64,000 bases of DNA. Source: Minisyncoccota bacterium. GTDB lineage: Bacteria > Patescibacteriota > Minisyncoccia > UBA6257 > XYB1-36-10. The DNA lies in assembly GCA_041651415.1 (NCBI GenBank), contig JBAZJH010000002.1, positions 20,474-84,473 on the forward strand, written 5' to 3'. Position 1 is the stretch's first letter. Each line of letters begins with the position of its first letter. The position numbers were made by a program, and so were the translations under genes. Positions 1 to 9,345 of this stretch are shown here, piece after piece. The notes under the pieces are model-generated. The model did no database searches and was not told where the DNA came from. It saw nothing but the letters and a program-made list of their open reading frames with translations.

Positions 1-140
1 GCAAAAAGAGCCGAGAGAAGAGAAAAAGAAATCCAAACAAAATTTTCGGACATAATAAAATTATAAAACAAGCGAAGAAGAAAAAGCAAAAATCATTCCT
101 CATGGACATATTTTTCTTTATCGTGATATGATGGAATTGT

Positions 141-920
141 ATGTATCATGAGCTCACAAAGCAAGATATTAAAAAATTTCTAAAAGTTTCCGATTCTTAT
201 CGTGTCGATGCCGTGTTGGTATCTGGTACAAATCCCCGCAAAAAAGAACATCCTTATCTATATGAAGCGTTGGAAAAAATCAACGTTGATTATCAAGAAG
301 AAACAATCGAAAATGAATTTTTCGGCGAAATAAAAAGTTTTTTTATAAATGGAAAACGTATTTGGTTTGACGCGGTATACGGATCGGCATATTTAAGCGA
401 ATTTTTACATGTAGCGTCGCTACTTGGATCAAAAGCGAATGTTCTTTTAGGCTCTTGTGGTGCATTAAGAGAAGAAATAGAGACGGGAGAAATAGTAATT
501 CCCTCCGCAAGTTTCGGAAATGAAAGCGCAACCCGAATGTATCAAAGAGATAATGATTTATTTTTTTACGCCGCCGATGTGAGTCTCTCCGAAGAATTCG
601 AAAAATATCTTCCAAAACAAAAAAAAATACACAAGGGAAAATTGATCGCCGTTCAAGCAATGCTCGCAGAGACAAAAGAAGATGTTACCTCCTGGGAAAA
701 TGAAGGGTATCTTTGTGTGGATATGGAATCAGCAACTGTTTTTTCCGTTTCCAAACATTTTAATGTTCCCGCCGCGGCACTTCTTTATGTTGCTGATAAT
801 CTTATTAAAAATGAATTAACAACGGATGAAAATTTTTCATCTTTCCGAGAAAAAAGAAAAATAGCAAAAAAAGAAAATTATCTTGCGGCTTTAAAATTAC
901 TTCTAGAGATAATAAAATAA
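141..920 (+). CDS. Nucleoside phosphorylase family protein (PNP/UDP/MTAP superfamily)
   Basis: Motifs GSCGAL and VDMESA are typical of purine/uridine phosphorylase and MTA nucleosidase fold; the 259-aa ORF is followed by a strong palindromic terminator. Confidence 0.62.
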   Translation: MYHELTKQDIKKFLKVSDSYRVDAVLVSGTNPRKKEHPYLYEALEKINVDYQEETIENEFFGEIKSFFINGKRIWFDAVYGSAYLSEFLHVASLLGSKANVLLGSCGALREEIETGEIVIPSASFGNESATRMYQRDNDLFFYAADVSLSEEFEKYLPKQKKIHKGKLIAVQAMLAETKEDVTSWENEGYLCVDMESATVFSVSKHFNVPAAALLYVADNLIKNELTTDENFSSFREKRKIAKKENYLAALKLLLEIIK

Positions 921-932
921 AATTAAAAAAGC

Positions 933-973
933 GGGCTTATAATTTAAATTATTAAATTATAAGCCCTATTTTT
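933..973. terminator. Intrinsic terminator (bidirectional hairpin)
   Basis: Perfect 15-bp inverted repeat gggcttataatttaa / ttaaattataagccc followed by a T-run, lying between convergent genes. Confidence 0.7.
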
Positions 974-1054
974 AAGCTTATTCAGAACAAACCATACCTT
1001 TCGATGAGCAGGTTTTTAATTTTTTGCCCATCTTTTGTACTTTTGACACAATAA

Positions 1055-2209
1055 TCACCTCCTTTCTTTACACTCAATGTGCGGCAATGCGGGACCATCA
1101 ATTTTTCCAGTAAAACCAAAAACCAACGATCTGTCCGCAAAAGAGCATTCATATCGACATTTTCCGCAACCGGTATTTTGATAGGTTTGTTGACGGATTT
1201 TATTAAGAATATCAGAACTTAACCAAATTTCTGATAAGTTATCTGATAAACAAGAACCGAGTCTCCATGATGGCTGATTAAGAAAAGGAAATGGAAAAAT
1301 ATCTCCAACAGCATCAATATAAAGAAATGAATACCCTCCTGGAGAAACAATACGTAAAACATCTTTTACAGTTTCATCGTCGCATATTTTTTTTTCAAGG
1401 AAAGTATCCAGTTCGATGTTACAATCTTCCGCGTATCTTTTAAGATCAGGTAATTTGTCGCGAAATCGATTAATGATTGCACAATATTCAGTCCAAGAAA
1501 TAAATTTCGATCTACCGATAGGAACTTGGGGTGAAATACGTATTTTTTTAAAATTATGAACGGCGCAAAATTCTATTATTTCACCCAATCGATCTACGTT
1601 TTTTTCTTGAAGAACAGTGGCTATCACTATGTTTAGCTCTTTTTCTCTAATAAGATTTATGGAACGGGTAAATAATCTCCACGCGTCTCGATTAACGATT
1701 TGATTAAATGTTTCACCAACTCCATCCAAAGATATTTGAATTCTGAAAAAAACATGAAGACACTCGATATTTTTATCAGAGAAACAAAGACCATTAGTGA
1801 GAAGATTTTGCGCAAAACCAAGTTCTTCGGCATATTTCACAAATGTCCAAAATCCTTTTCGAAAAAGCGGTTCTCCTCCGCTCCATTCAATATTAAGCAC
1901 CCCCACATCAGCTGATCGCTCGAGTAATGTCATAATTTGCTTATGAGTCATCTGTGGCGGCATTATTTTGTTATCTCCACTAAATACCGCGCAAGTTTTA
2001 CACCGTAAATTGCAAAAATTAGTAACTTGAATCTGCACTTTAATCGGAGCAGAAAATGTTTCTTTCGGATATTCCAAGTTTTTTACAATTATTGCGTCTG
2101 GAATTTCTTCTAAAATTTCTTTAATATCCGCAGGCAAAACCGAATATAATTCGCCATTTTCCATTATAAGATAAGCTTCAAGAAACGGTTCATATCGTAT
2201 TCTTCTCAT
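1055..2209 (-). CDS. Radical SAM enzyme with C-terminal SPASM-type Cys cluster
   Basis: CNLRCKTC (CxxxCxxC) near the N-terminus and a C-terminal GCGKCRYEC cluster; RBS aaggaagg upstream; 384 aa. Confidence 0.78.
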   Translation of the reverse strand: MRRIRYEPFLEAYLIMENGELYSVLPADIKEILEEIPDAIIVKNLEYPKETFSAPIKVQIQVTNFCNLRCKTCAVFSGDNKIMPPQMTHKQIMTLLERSADVGVLNIEWSGGEPLFRKGFWTFVKYAEELGFAQNLLTNGLCFSDKNIECLHVFFRIQISLDGVGETFNQIVNRDAWRLFTRSINLIREKELNIVIATVLQEKNVDRLGEIIEFCAVHNFKKIRISPQVPIGRSKFISWTEYCAIINRFRDKLPDLKRYAEDCNIELDTFLEKKICDDETVKDVLRIVSPGGYSFLYIDAVGDIFPFPFLNQPSWRLGSCLSDNLSEIWLSSDILNKIRQQTYQNTGCGKCRYECSFADRSLVFGFTGKIDGPALPHIECKERR

Positions 2210-2376
2210 TTCTTTTTTCCTTCCTTACTTTTATTTTTAAGGTCTTCCAAGATTATTTTTAAACTGCTGTTTTTAACATATTCTTAATAGTTGTTTTTGT
2301 CAATTTATGGAAAATGTGTTCAAGTTTTGTCGAATTACCACTCTTAAAGACGAGAACAATAAGGAAAAAAGGTAGG

Positions 2377-2898
2377 TTAAAATTCTCTGCCTTTTTCGCC
2401 TGACACTCCTTCTTGAAAGGGGTGTTTTATTTCAGCGCAATCGGTAGCGAGGTCGGCAATTTGAAGAAAAGAAACGGGAGCGTTTCGACCGGTAAACATA
2501 ATGTCCGTTTCTTTGGGAACTTTTTTAACAAAATCAAGAACGGAGGATTCGGAGAGAAGATTTAAAGAAAGAGCATTATTGATTTCATCAAAAACGACAA
2601 GATTGTAGGCGCCAGAGGTAGCAGCCATGGAAGCTTTTTGAAAAGTTTCTTCCGCCTTTTTTTTATGTTCCTCAATGGGAAGCTTGTCGCCTAAAATGCC
2701 GACAAAGCCAAGACCGCCTTTTTCAAAATGAAAATTTTCTCCGAAGTTTGAAAGAATTTTATCCTCCCCTGCCGGAAAATTGTCGCTTTTAATAAACTCC
2801 GCGAAAAAAACTTTGCCGCCTTGGCCTAAAACGCGAATCGCCTGTCCGATAGCGGAAGTGGTTTTTCCTTTGCCATTGCCGGTGATTATCAAGAACAT
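2377..2898 (-). CDS. cobA: ATP:cob(I)alamin adenosyltransferase (CobA/CobO/BtuR family)
   Basis: P-loop ITGNGKGKTTSAIG plus the VVFDEI and MFTGRNAP motifs characteristic of the CobA/BtuR family; 173 aa. Confidence 0.75.
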   Translation of the reverse strand: MFLIITGNGKGKTTSAIGQAIRVLGQGGKVFFAEFIKSDNFPAGEDKILSNFGENFHFEKGGLGFVGILGDKLPIEEHKKKAEETFQKASMAATSGAYNLVVFDEINNALSLNLLSESSVLDFVKKVPKETDIMFTGRNAPVSFLQIADLATDCAEIKHPFQEGVSGEKGREF

Positions 2899-2980
2899 AA
2901 AAATAAATAATATTAGAGTAGCCCTTCGACTTTACTATGTTTCGCTCAGGGACTAATAAAGATAGGTTTTGAGATTTTTA

Positions 2981-3009
2981 TTGACAAGTTTGTTAAAGAA
3001 TGCTATATT
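2981..3009 (+). promoter_or_regulatory. Sigma70-like promoter (TTGACA-17-TATATT)
   Basis: Consensus -35 ttgaca, 17-nt spacer, -10 tatatt, about 40 nt upstream of the small ORF at 3050. Confidence 0.6.
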
Positions 3010-3049
3010 TGAAAAAGAGTTTTAAACAATCAAATAAACGGAGGAGAAA

Positions 3050-3208
3050 ATGGAAAAGATAGTGAAATTAAAAATTTTTTATTCTTGTCTTTCTGCAATC
3101 GATGTAATGATAGCTCTAACGCCTGCAATAGCAGGTTCGTTAGAGCCAGTTTTTTGGGGTTTTGCGGTATTATCAGGATTATTATCAATAAATATTCCAA
3201 AAGACTAA
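3050..3208 (+). CDS. Small hydrophobic peptide (52 aa), not in the ORF track
   Basis: ATG is preceded by a ggagga RBS at 7-nt spacing, with a consensus promoter upstream and an intrinsic terminator downstream; sequence MEKIVKLKIFYSCLSAIDVMIALTPAIAGSLEPVFWGFAVLSGLLSINIPKD. Confidence 0.55.
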   Translation: MEKIVKLKIFYSCLSAIDVMIALTPAIAGSLEPVFWGFAVLSGLLSINIPKD

Positions 3209-3242
3209 AAACAAACTTCACAATTTATAAGAATTATTTGTC

Positions 3243-3280
3243 ATCCCGCGAACATTTTTATGTTTGCGGGATTTTTATTT
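3243..3280. terminator. Intrinsic terminator shared by the small peptide gene and nrdJ
   Basis: Stem tcccgcgaacat / atgtttgcggga followed by tttttatttt. Confidence 0.8.
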
Positions 3281-3291
3281 TCAAAATACTT

Positions 3292-6066
3292 TTAAGAACA
3301 GCCGCCGGAGGATTCGCCGCATTCAAGGCAGGTTTGGCAGGTGCCGGTTCGAACCATCATCCCGCCGCATTTTTTACAGACAGTGCCGGAAAATACTTGT
3401 CCGTTTTTTAGAGGAGAAGAATAAGAAACAGTTCTGATTTCTTCATTTTTAGCTTCTTTAATTTCAGCGACAGAGGGAACAGAAGCGGCATCTTTTGAAA
3501 TGGAAGCAAGATAAGAAGCGGAGGGAGAAAGGCCGAATTCAAAAAGTTCTTCCGGAGAAAGAAAGCGGAGAGCGAGATAGCGGAAAATGTAATCAATAAT
3601 GCTTGTCGCTATTTTTATTTCCGGATTGTCGGTGAAACCGGCCGGTTCAAAACGGCTATGAATAAATTTGTGAGTAAGGTCTTTCAGAGGAACGCCGTAT
3701 TGGAGCGACATAGAAATTGTGATGGCAAAAGCATCAAGGAGGCCGGAAAGAGTGCTCCCCTGCTTTGCCATTCTAATAAATATTTCCGCCGGAGCGCCGT
3801 CTTCATACATACTATAGGTGAGATAACCTTCGTGGCCGGCAATGGAAAATTTGTGAGTTTCGGAAGGACGGGTTTTCGGCAGGCGGCGGCGGAAAGGTTT
3901 TGATTCCGAAATATTTTCTTTCTGTTCGGATTCTTTTTCTTTAGGTTTCGAAGTATTGAGCGGTTGAGTGGATTTTGAACCGTCGCGATAAACGGCAAAA
4001 GCTTTAATGCCTAGTTTCCAAGCCATAAGATAAGCATCATAAATTTCTTCAACAGTGGCGCTACTATCCATATTGAAAGTTTTAGAAATGGCGCCGGAAA
4101 TAAAAGGCTGGGCCGCGGCAACCATTTTGACGTGGCCGCGCCAAGAGATGGAACGGGAGCCATTGGCCGGTTTAACAGCGCAATCAAAAATGGAAAGATG
4201 CTCTTCTTTCAAGAAAGGCGCGCCTTCAATGGTATTATTTTTTTCAATAAAAGAAACAATTTCACCGGCTTCAATTTCTGAATAATTAAGATTAAGGAGA
4301 GCATTTTTTACGCCTTGATTAACAAGCTTCATCCAGCCGCCGCCAACCAGCTGTTTCATTTTAACGAGAGAGAATTCCGGTTCGATGCCGGTTGTGTCGC
4401 AGTCCATCATAAAGGAAATGGTGCCGGTTGGAGCAAGAACAGAAACTTGCGAATTGCGAAAGCCGTTTTTTCTGCCGAGTTCCAAAGCTTCATCCCAAAC
4501 TTTGAGAGCTTCCGCAGAAAGATTAGGGTCGTTTAAAAGAGAAACATTAACGCGGCGGGAAGCATCGCGGTGTTTTTCAATAACATAAAGCATAGCATCT
4601 TTATTTTTTTCATAGCCGGTAAAAGGACCGGTGAGAGCGGAGATTTCAGCGGAAAATCGATAAGCTTCGCCGGTTAAAAGAGAAGTGACAGAAGAAACGA
4701 AAGCGCGGCCTTCTTCGGAATCGTAAGCCAGGCCTTTAGACATCAAAGCGGCGCCGATATTAGCATAGCCCAAACCAAGCTGACGGAAATTTTTGGCGTT
4801 CTCGGTTATCTTTTCTGTCGGATAACTGGAGTGGCCGACAATTATTTCCTGCGCCAAAATTAAAATATCAACGGCGTGCTTAAATTCTTTAACTTTAAAA
4901 CTGCCATCATCTTCCAGAAATTTCATTATATTCAAAGAAGCGAGATTGCAAGCGGAGTCATCAAGATGCATATATTCGGAACAGGGGTTGGAAGCGTTGA
5001 TGCGGCCGGAAACGGGGCAGGTGTGCCAATCATTAATAGTAGTGTCAAACTGAACGCCCGGGTCGCCGCAAGCCCAAGCGGCTTTCGCAACTTCCATTAA
5101 GACATCTTTAGCTTTGTGAGTTTCCGCCGCTCCCCCGCCATTCACAAATTCCGTTTGCCAATCGCCATCTTTTTCAACTTTTTTCATAAAGTCATCAGAA
5201 AGACGGACGGAATTATTAGCATTTTGAAACTGGATAGAATACCAAGCTTCATTATTCAAATCGGCCATATTATAGCCGGCTTCGGCAAGAGCTCTGATTT
5301 TCTTTTCTTCTTCGGCTTTACAGCGGATAAAATCAAGAATATCGGGATGCTTGTCATTTAAAACCACCATTTTGGCGGCGCGGCGAGTGGTGCCGCCGGA
5401 TTTAATCATGCCGGCAACAGAGTCAGCGCCGCGCATAAAAGAGACCGGACCGGAAGCGCGGCCGCCGGCGGAAAGAAGTTCATATTTAGAACGAAGAGGA
5501 GAAAGATTAATACCGGCGCCGGAACCGCCTTTAAAAATTACGCCTTCGTTTTTTACCCAATCAAGAATAGAACCCATATCATCTTTAACAGAAAGAATGA
5601 AACAAGCGGAACATTGAGGGCGTTCCACACGGCCGACATTAAACCAAACCGGACTGTTAAAACTGCCTTTTTGAAAAAGAATCAAGTGAGCGAGTTCGCT
5701 TTCAAAAATGGCGGCTTCTTCAGAACCGGAAAAATAACCGGAGGATTCTCCCCAACCGCGAATGGTTTTGACAACGCGGGAAATCATTTCTTTGGCGCTT
5801 CGCTCCCGTTCGGGAGTGCCGAGTTTGCCGCGAAAATATTTGGAGGCGGTGATATTGACGGCGTTTTCCGACCAAAATTCGGGAAATTCCACTCCCCTCT
5901 GTTCAAAAGCTTTCTTCTCTCCGGAACCGACAGCGGCATCGCGTCTTACCCAAGACACCTCTTCAAAAGGATAAGTTTCAGATTTTGAAAAAAAACGTTT
6001 AAGGTTTAAAGATTTTTCCAAAACTGATTTTTTTTTGTCGGCAACCGGAAGATTTTGAGAAGGCAT
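3292..6066 (-). CDS. nrdJ: Ribonucleotide reductase, class II (adenosylcobalamin-dependent)
   Basis: Active-site region ASNPCSEYMHLDDSACNLASLN; C-terminal CxxC...CxxC tail typical of class II RNR; 924 aa; adjacent to cobA. Confidence 0.8.
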   Translation of the reverse strand: MPSQNLPVADKKKSVLEKSLNLKRFFSKSETYPFEEVSWVRRDAAVGSGEKKAFEQRGVEFPEFWSENAVNITASKYFRGKLGTPERERSAKEMISRVVKTIRGWGESSGYFSGSEEAAIFESELAHLILFQKGSFNSPVWFNVGRVERPQCSACFILSVKDDMGSILDWVKNEGVIFKGGSGAGINLSPLRSKYELLSAGGRASGPVSFMRGADSVAGMIKSGGTTRRAAKMVVLNDKHPDILDFIRCKAEEEKKIRALAEAGYNMADLNNEAWYSIQFQNANNSVRLSDDFMKKVEKDGDWQTEFVNGGGAAETHKAKDVLMEVAKAAWACGDPGVQFDTTINDWHTCPVSGRINASNPCSEYMHLDDSACNLASLNIMKFLEDDGSFKVKEFKHAVDILILAQEIIVGHSSYPTEKITENAKNFRQLGLGYANIGAALMSKGLAYDSEEGRAFVSSVTSLLTGEAYRFSAEISALTGPFTGYEKNKDAMLYVIEKHRDASRRVNVSLLNDPNLSAEALKVWDEALELGRKNGFRNSQVSVLAPTGTISFMMDCDTTGIEPEFSLVKMKQLVGGGWMKLVNQGVKNALLNLNYSEIEAGEIVSFIEKNNTIEGAPFLKEEHLSIFDCAVKPANGSRSISWRGHVKMVAAAQPFISGAISKTFNMDSSATVEEIYDAYLMAWKLGIKAFAVYRDGSKSTQPLNTSKPKEKESEQKENISESKPFRRRLPKTRPSETHKFSIAGHEGYLTYSMYEDGAPAEIFIRMAKQGSTLSGLLDAFAITISMSLQYGVPLKDLTHKFIHSRFEPAGFTDNPEIKIATSIIDYIFRYLALRFLSPEELFEFGLSPSASYLASISKDAASVPSVAEIKEAKNEEIRTVSYSSPLKNGQVFSGTVCKKCGGMMVRTGTCQTCLECGESSGGCS

Positions 6067-6158
6067 AGTGGGTTTTTTAAATAATTTTAATTAATGCGTA
6101 CTCCCATTATAAACCAAGAATAAGAAAAGCAATGTGGAAAACGCTTAAGGGGATTTTT

Positions 6159-6188
6159 TTGACTTTTTGTCTAAAAAATAGCTATAAT
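6159..6188 (+). promoter_or_regulatory. Sigma70-like promoter (TTGACT-18-TATAAT)
   Basis: ttgact, 18-nt spacer, tataat upstream of two tandem small ORFs. Confidence 0.6.
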
Positions 6189-6243
6189 AAAAATAGAAAA
6201 ATAAAAAAACGATTCACAAATTTGAAAAGAAAGGAAGAAAAAG

Positions 6244-6348
6244 ATGAAGAGTTTTTTAAAGTTGGAGATTATCGGAATTATAGCGCTTTTGGCACTTATA
6301 ATTCTTCCATCAACAAGAGAATATATATTTTATCCAGACAGATATTAA
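6244..6348 (+). CDS. Small hydrophobic peptide A (34 aa)
   Basis: RBS aaaggaag upstream; MKSFLKLEIIGIIALLALIILPSTREYIFYPDRY; first of a tandem pair under one promoter and terminator. Confidence 0.5.
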   Translation: MKSFLKLEIIGIIALLALIILPSTREYIFYPDRY

Positions 6349-6362
6349 GGAGAAAAGTAAAA

Positions 6363-6467
6363 ATGAGAAAAATAATTTCTCTTTTTATCCTTTATGCGGG
6401 CATTGTTGTTGTTTCTATTATCGCAGTTCTTTTAATGCTTTTTAGATTTGACCAGGAAGATGATTAA
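6363..6467 (+). CDS. Small hydrophobic peptide B (34 aa)
   Basis: RBS aaggag sits 8 nt upstream of the ATG; MRKIISLFILYAGIVVVSIIAVLLMLFRFDQEDD; followed by an intrinsic terminator. The 111-aa track ORF 6132..6467 is probably an over-extension of this gene. Confidence 0.55.
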   Translation: MRKIISLFILYAGIVVVSIIAVLLMLFRFDQEDD

Positions 6468-6490
6468 CTTTCGTCTAATAACGAAGCAAG

Positions 6491-6518
6491 TCCGCCTAAC
6501 ATTAGGCGGGATTTTTTT
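6491..6518 (+). terminator. Intrinsic terminator
   Basis: ccgccta / taggcgg stem followed by ttttttt. Confidence 0.75.
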
Positions 6519-6643
6519 GAAAATTAAAAAATAATAAAGCAAGAATTGATTTGACATTAAAGATTATTTGTATTATACTATAAAAAGTTCTTCATAAATA
6601 AAGAAGAGCAAAATAAAAACTCGCAGGATGCCTAAGGAGGCGC

Positions 6644-6952
6644 ATGATGAGTAATCATTCTTTGGTTTGTAGGTTGATTGATTTAGGATTTTTTTCGGCG
6701 CTCGGGACGACAGAGTATCCCGGCGGTGGGAATGTAGGAAGTTATGTTGAAAAAGGAAAACCTTTCACGTGGGATAAAAACAACGGCGTGACCGTTGTTT
6801 ACGATGAGAGAGGATGGCCGTGGATCGGAAGAAGTCTTGAGCCACCTCTTCAAGGAGAAAATTATTATTTCGCTTTGACTCGCGGGGCGTATGTCCCCCA
6901 CTCAAACGACGGCGGACACTTCATTCAAGAAGTTTTGCCGACTCTTTTGTAG
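6644..6952 (+). CDS. Hypothetical protein (102 aa)
   Basis: Strong RBS aaggagg; ORF followed by a terminator; no recognisable family. Confidence 0.6.
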   Translation: MMSNHSLVCRLIDLGFFSALGTTEYPGGGNVGSYVEKGKPFTWDKNNGVTVVYDERGWPWIGRSLEPPLQGENYYFALTRGAYVPHSNDGGHFIQEVLPTLL

Positions 6953-6960
6953 CTTCTTCA

Positions 6961-6998
6961 TTCCCGCAAGCTTAATTGCTTGCGGGAATTTTGTTTTT
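6961..6998 (+). terminator. Intrinsic terminator
   Basis: ttcccgcaagc / gcttgcgggaa stem followed by ttttgttttt. Confidence 0.8.
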
Positions 6999-7025
6999 AA
7001 ATTTTCAAAAGATTTATTAAGGAAA

Positions 7026-7043
7026 CTCCGACCGAAGTCGGGA
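7026..7043. repeat. CTCCGAC-loop-GTCGG hairpin motif (copy 1 of at least 6)
   Basis: ctccgaccgaagtcggga; same motif at 9249, 11278, 23372, 35685, 63825. Confidence 0.6.
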
Positions 7044-7116
7044 TGCTCAAATTTTTGAATAAGTTTATAAATAAACTTATTCAAAATTTGGCAAATTTGG
7101 TATAATATAGAACAAA

Positions 7117-9231
7117 ATGATTTCTTTAGACACGCCGCTTGAAAAAATCTACGGCATCGGGCCGAGATTTATCGCCAAGTTCAAAAAACTTGAGATATTA
7201 ACGGTGAAAGATTTAATCCGACATTTTCCTTTTCGTTATGAAGATTTTTCCAGAATTTCTTCAATTGCCGAACTTAATCCCGGACAACAGGCGACAATCA
7301 AAGCTTATGTAAAAAGAGTGAGCGAAAGACGAAGCTTTAAAAAAAGAATGGTGATAGTAGAAGCAAGATTAGCGGACGAGACGGGAGAAGTGAAGGCGGT
7401 GTGGTTCAACCAGCCGTATGTAAAAAATATTCTGACGCTCGGAAAATTTTTTAACTTTTCGGGGAAGGCCGGGACTTTCGCGGGAGAAACGGTTCTTTCC
7501 AACCCAATGTATGAAGCGGTCGGGCAAGCCGGGCCGAAGCATACAGGGAGGCTTGTGCCGATATATTCGGAAACAAGAGGAATAACTTCAAAAGGCATTC
7601 GATATATCATTAAGCCGGTTTTGGAAAATCTGGAGGAAATGGAAGATTTTATTCCGGATGAAATTTTAGACGAAAACAAATTGCCGGACATAAACGAAGC
7701 GATAAGAAATATCCATTTCCCCTCCTTAATAGAAGACGCCGATTCAGCCAGAAAAAGATTCGCCTTTGAAGATTTGTTTTTGCTTTCCATTTTAAATCTG
7801 GGAAAAAGAGCGGTGCTTTCAAAATTGAAATCAATAGCCATAGAAAGTGACCCGCAGTTCATGAAGGAAGCGGAAAAAATTTTGCCTTTTTTAATGACAG
7901 CGAGCCAAAAGAAATGTTTGGAAGAAATTTTAGGCGACATGGGAAAGCCAACGCCGATGAATAGACTGCTTCAAGGAGATGTGGGAAGCGGCAAAACAGC
8001 GGTGGCGGCCTTAGCGGCGCTAGCTGCCGCAAAAGGAGGAATGCAGGCGGCTTTTATGGCGCCGACAGAAGTTTTAGCGCGCCAGCATTATGAAACAATC
8101 AAAAGGCTTTTTGCAAAAACAGAAATAACTGCCGGACTCATTACGGGAGCAAACAAAGGAAGAATGTTTTTTGGAGAAGGACTGGAAGCGGAAATTTATA
8201 AAAAAGAAATAAAGAAAAAAACGGAAGAAGGGAAAGTGAAAATTTTAATCGGAACACATTCCTTGATTCAAGAAGACGTGAAGTTTGAAAATTTGGGAAT
8301 TGTGATTGTGGACGAACAACACCGATTCGGAGTGGAACAAAGAGCAAAATTAGCCGGAGGAGAAAAAAAGAAAAAGGCGCTCCCCCATTTTTTATCAATG
8401 AGCGCCACGCCAATTCCGAGAACTTTGACTTTAACCATCTTCGGAGATTTAAATCTTTCAACAATCGACGAGATGCCGAAAGGCAGAAAGGAAATTAAGA
8501 CAAGCGTAGTGCCGCCGGAAAAAAGAGAAGAAGCTTATGATTTTATAAGAAAAGAGGTGAAGCAAGGCAGACAGGTTTTTGTGGTTTGCCCAAGAATAGA
8601 AGAAAGCGAAGCTGTCAGCGCCGGACAAGAGCTTTTTCAGATGGAGACGGCTTCCGTAAAAAAAGAATACGAAAAATTATCAACACAAATTTTTCCGGAT
8701 TTAAAAGTGGCAATGCTCCATGGAAAATTAAAAGCCAAGGAAAAAGAAGAAGCGATGAATAAATTCAAAGAAGGGAAAACGGATATTTTAGTTTCCACTT
8801 CGGTTATAGAAGTGGGAGTGGACGCGCCAAACGCAACCGTTATGATGATAGAAGGAGCGGAGAGATTCGGACTCGCCCAGATTTATCAATTTCGAGGGAG
8901 AGTGGGGCGGGGTGAACATCAGTCCTATTGTTTTTTATTTACCGAATCCACAACGGATAAAACAACGGAAAGATTAAAAGCAATACTGAAAGCAAAGAAT
9001 GGATTCGAGCTGGCGGAAATGGATTTGGAAATAAGAGGGCCGGGACAATTTTTAGGCAAGAAGCAGACAGGATTGCCAGACACAGCAATGAAGTCGCTGC
9101 AAAACATTTCCATAATAAAGGAAGCAAGAAAGGCGGCGGAAAAAATATTAAAACAGGATATAACGCTTGTTTCTTTTCCAAGATTAAGAGAAAAAATAAA
9201 ATCGTTCAAAAAAGAAATCCATCAGGAATAA
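7117..9231 (+). CDS. recG: ATP-dependent DNA helicase RecG
   Basis: Wedge-domain N-terminus and helicase motifs GDVGSGKT and VVDEQHRFG; 704 aa. Confidence 0.92.
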   Translation: MISLDTPLEKIYGIGPRFIAKFKKLEILTVKDLIRHFPFRYEDFSRISSIAELNPGQQATIKAYVKRVSERRSFKKRMVIVEARLADETGEVKAVWFNQPYVKNILTLGKFFNFSGKAGTFAGETVLSNPMYEAVGQAGPKHTGRLVPIYSETRGITSKGIRYIIKPVLENLEEMEDFIPDEILDENKLPDINEAIRNIHFPSLIEDADSARKRFAFEDLFLLSILNLGKRAVLSKLKSIAIESDPQFMKEAEKILPFLMTASQKKCLEEILGDMGKPTPMNRLLQGDVGSGKTAVAALAALAAAKGGMQAAFMAPTEVLARQHYETIKRLFAKTEITAGLITGANKGRMFFGEGLEAEIYKKEIKKKTEEGKVKILIGTHSLIQEDVKFENLGIVIVDEQHRFGVEQRAKLAGGEKKKKALPHFLSMSATPIPRTLTLTIFGDLNLSTIDEMPKGRKEIKTSVVPPEKREEAYDFIRKEVKQGRQVFVVCPRIEESEAVSAGQELFQMETASVKKEYEKLSTQIFPDLKVAMLHGKLKAKEKEEAMNKFKEGKTDILVSTSVIEVGVDAPNATVMMIEGAERFGLAQIYQFRGRVGRGEHQSYCFLFTESTTDKTTERLKAILKAKNGFELAEMDLEIRGPGQFLGKKQTGLPDTAMKSLQNISIIKEARKAAEKILKQDITLVSFPRLREKIKSFKKEIHQE

Positions 9232-9244
9232 AAAACCAATAAGA

Positions 9245-9338
9245 TTTACTCCGACCAAAGTCGGAGTTTATTAAATCTTAGCCGCTTCAAACCCCTTAAG
9301 ATAGCGCGCGGGGTTTGAAACTGAGATTTAATAAAAAA
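9245..9338 (+). repeat. Composite structured repeat E, copy 1 (hairpin + conserved tttattaaatcttagccgc ... gagatttaataaaaaa)
   Basis: Shares its 5' 40 nt and 3' 16 nt with 35681-35770; the inner hairpin differs; followed by a terminator hairpin. Confidence 0.6.
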
Positions 9339-9345
9339 GAAAAAA

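Noticed and set aside
978-1031. 17-codon Cys-containing ORF downstream of the radical SAM gene
   Set aside because: Too short and lacks an RBS; kept only as a note under the rSAM finding
6132-6362. N-terminal 77 codons of track ORF 6132-6467
   Set aside because: AT-rich, no RBS, and overlaps the better-supported peptide A in another frame; only the C-terminal 34-aa peptide B is kept
7305-7940. 211-aa minus-strand ORF
   Set aside because: Entirely antisense to recG; a shadow ORF
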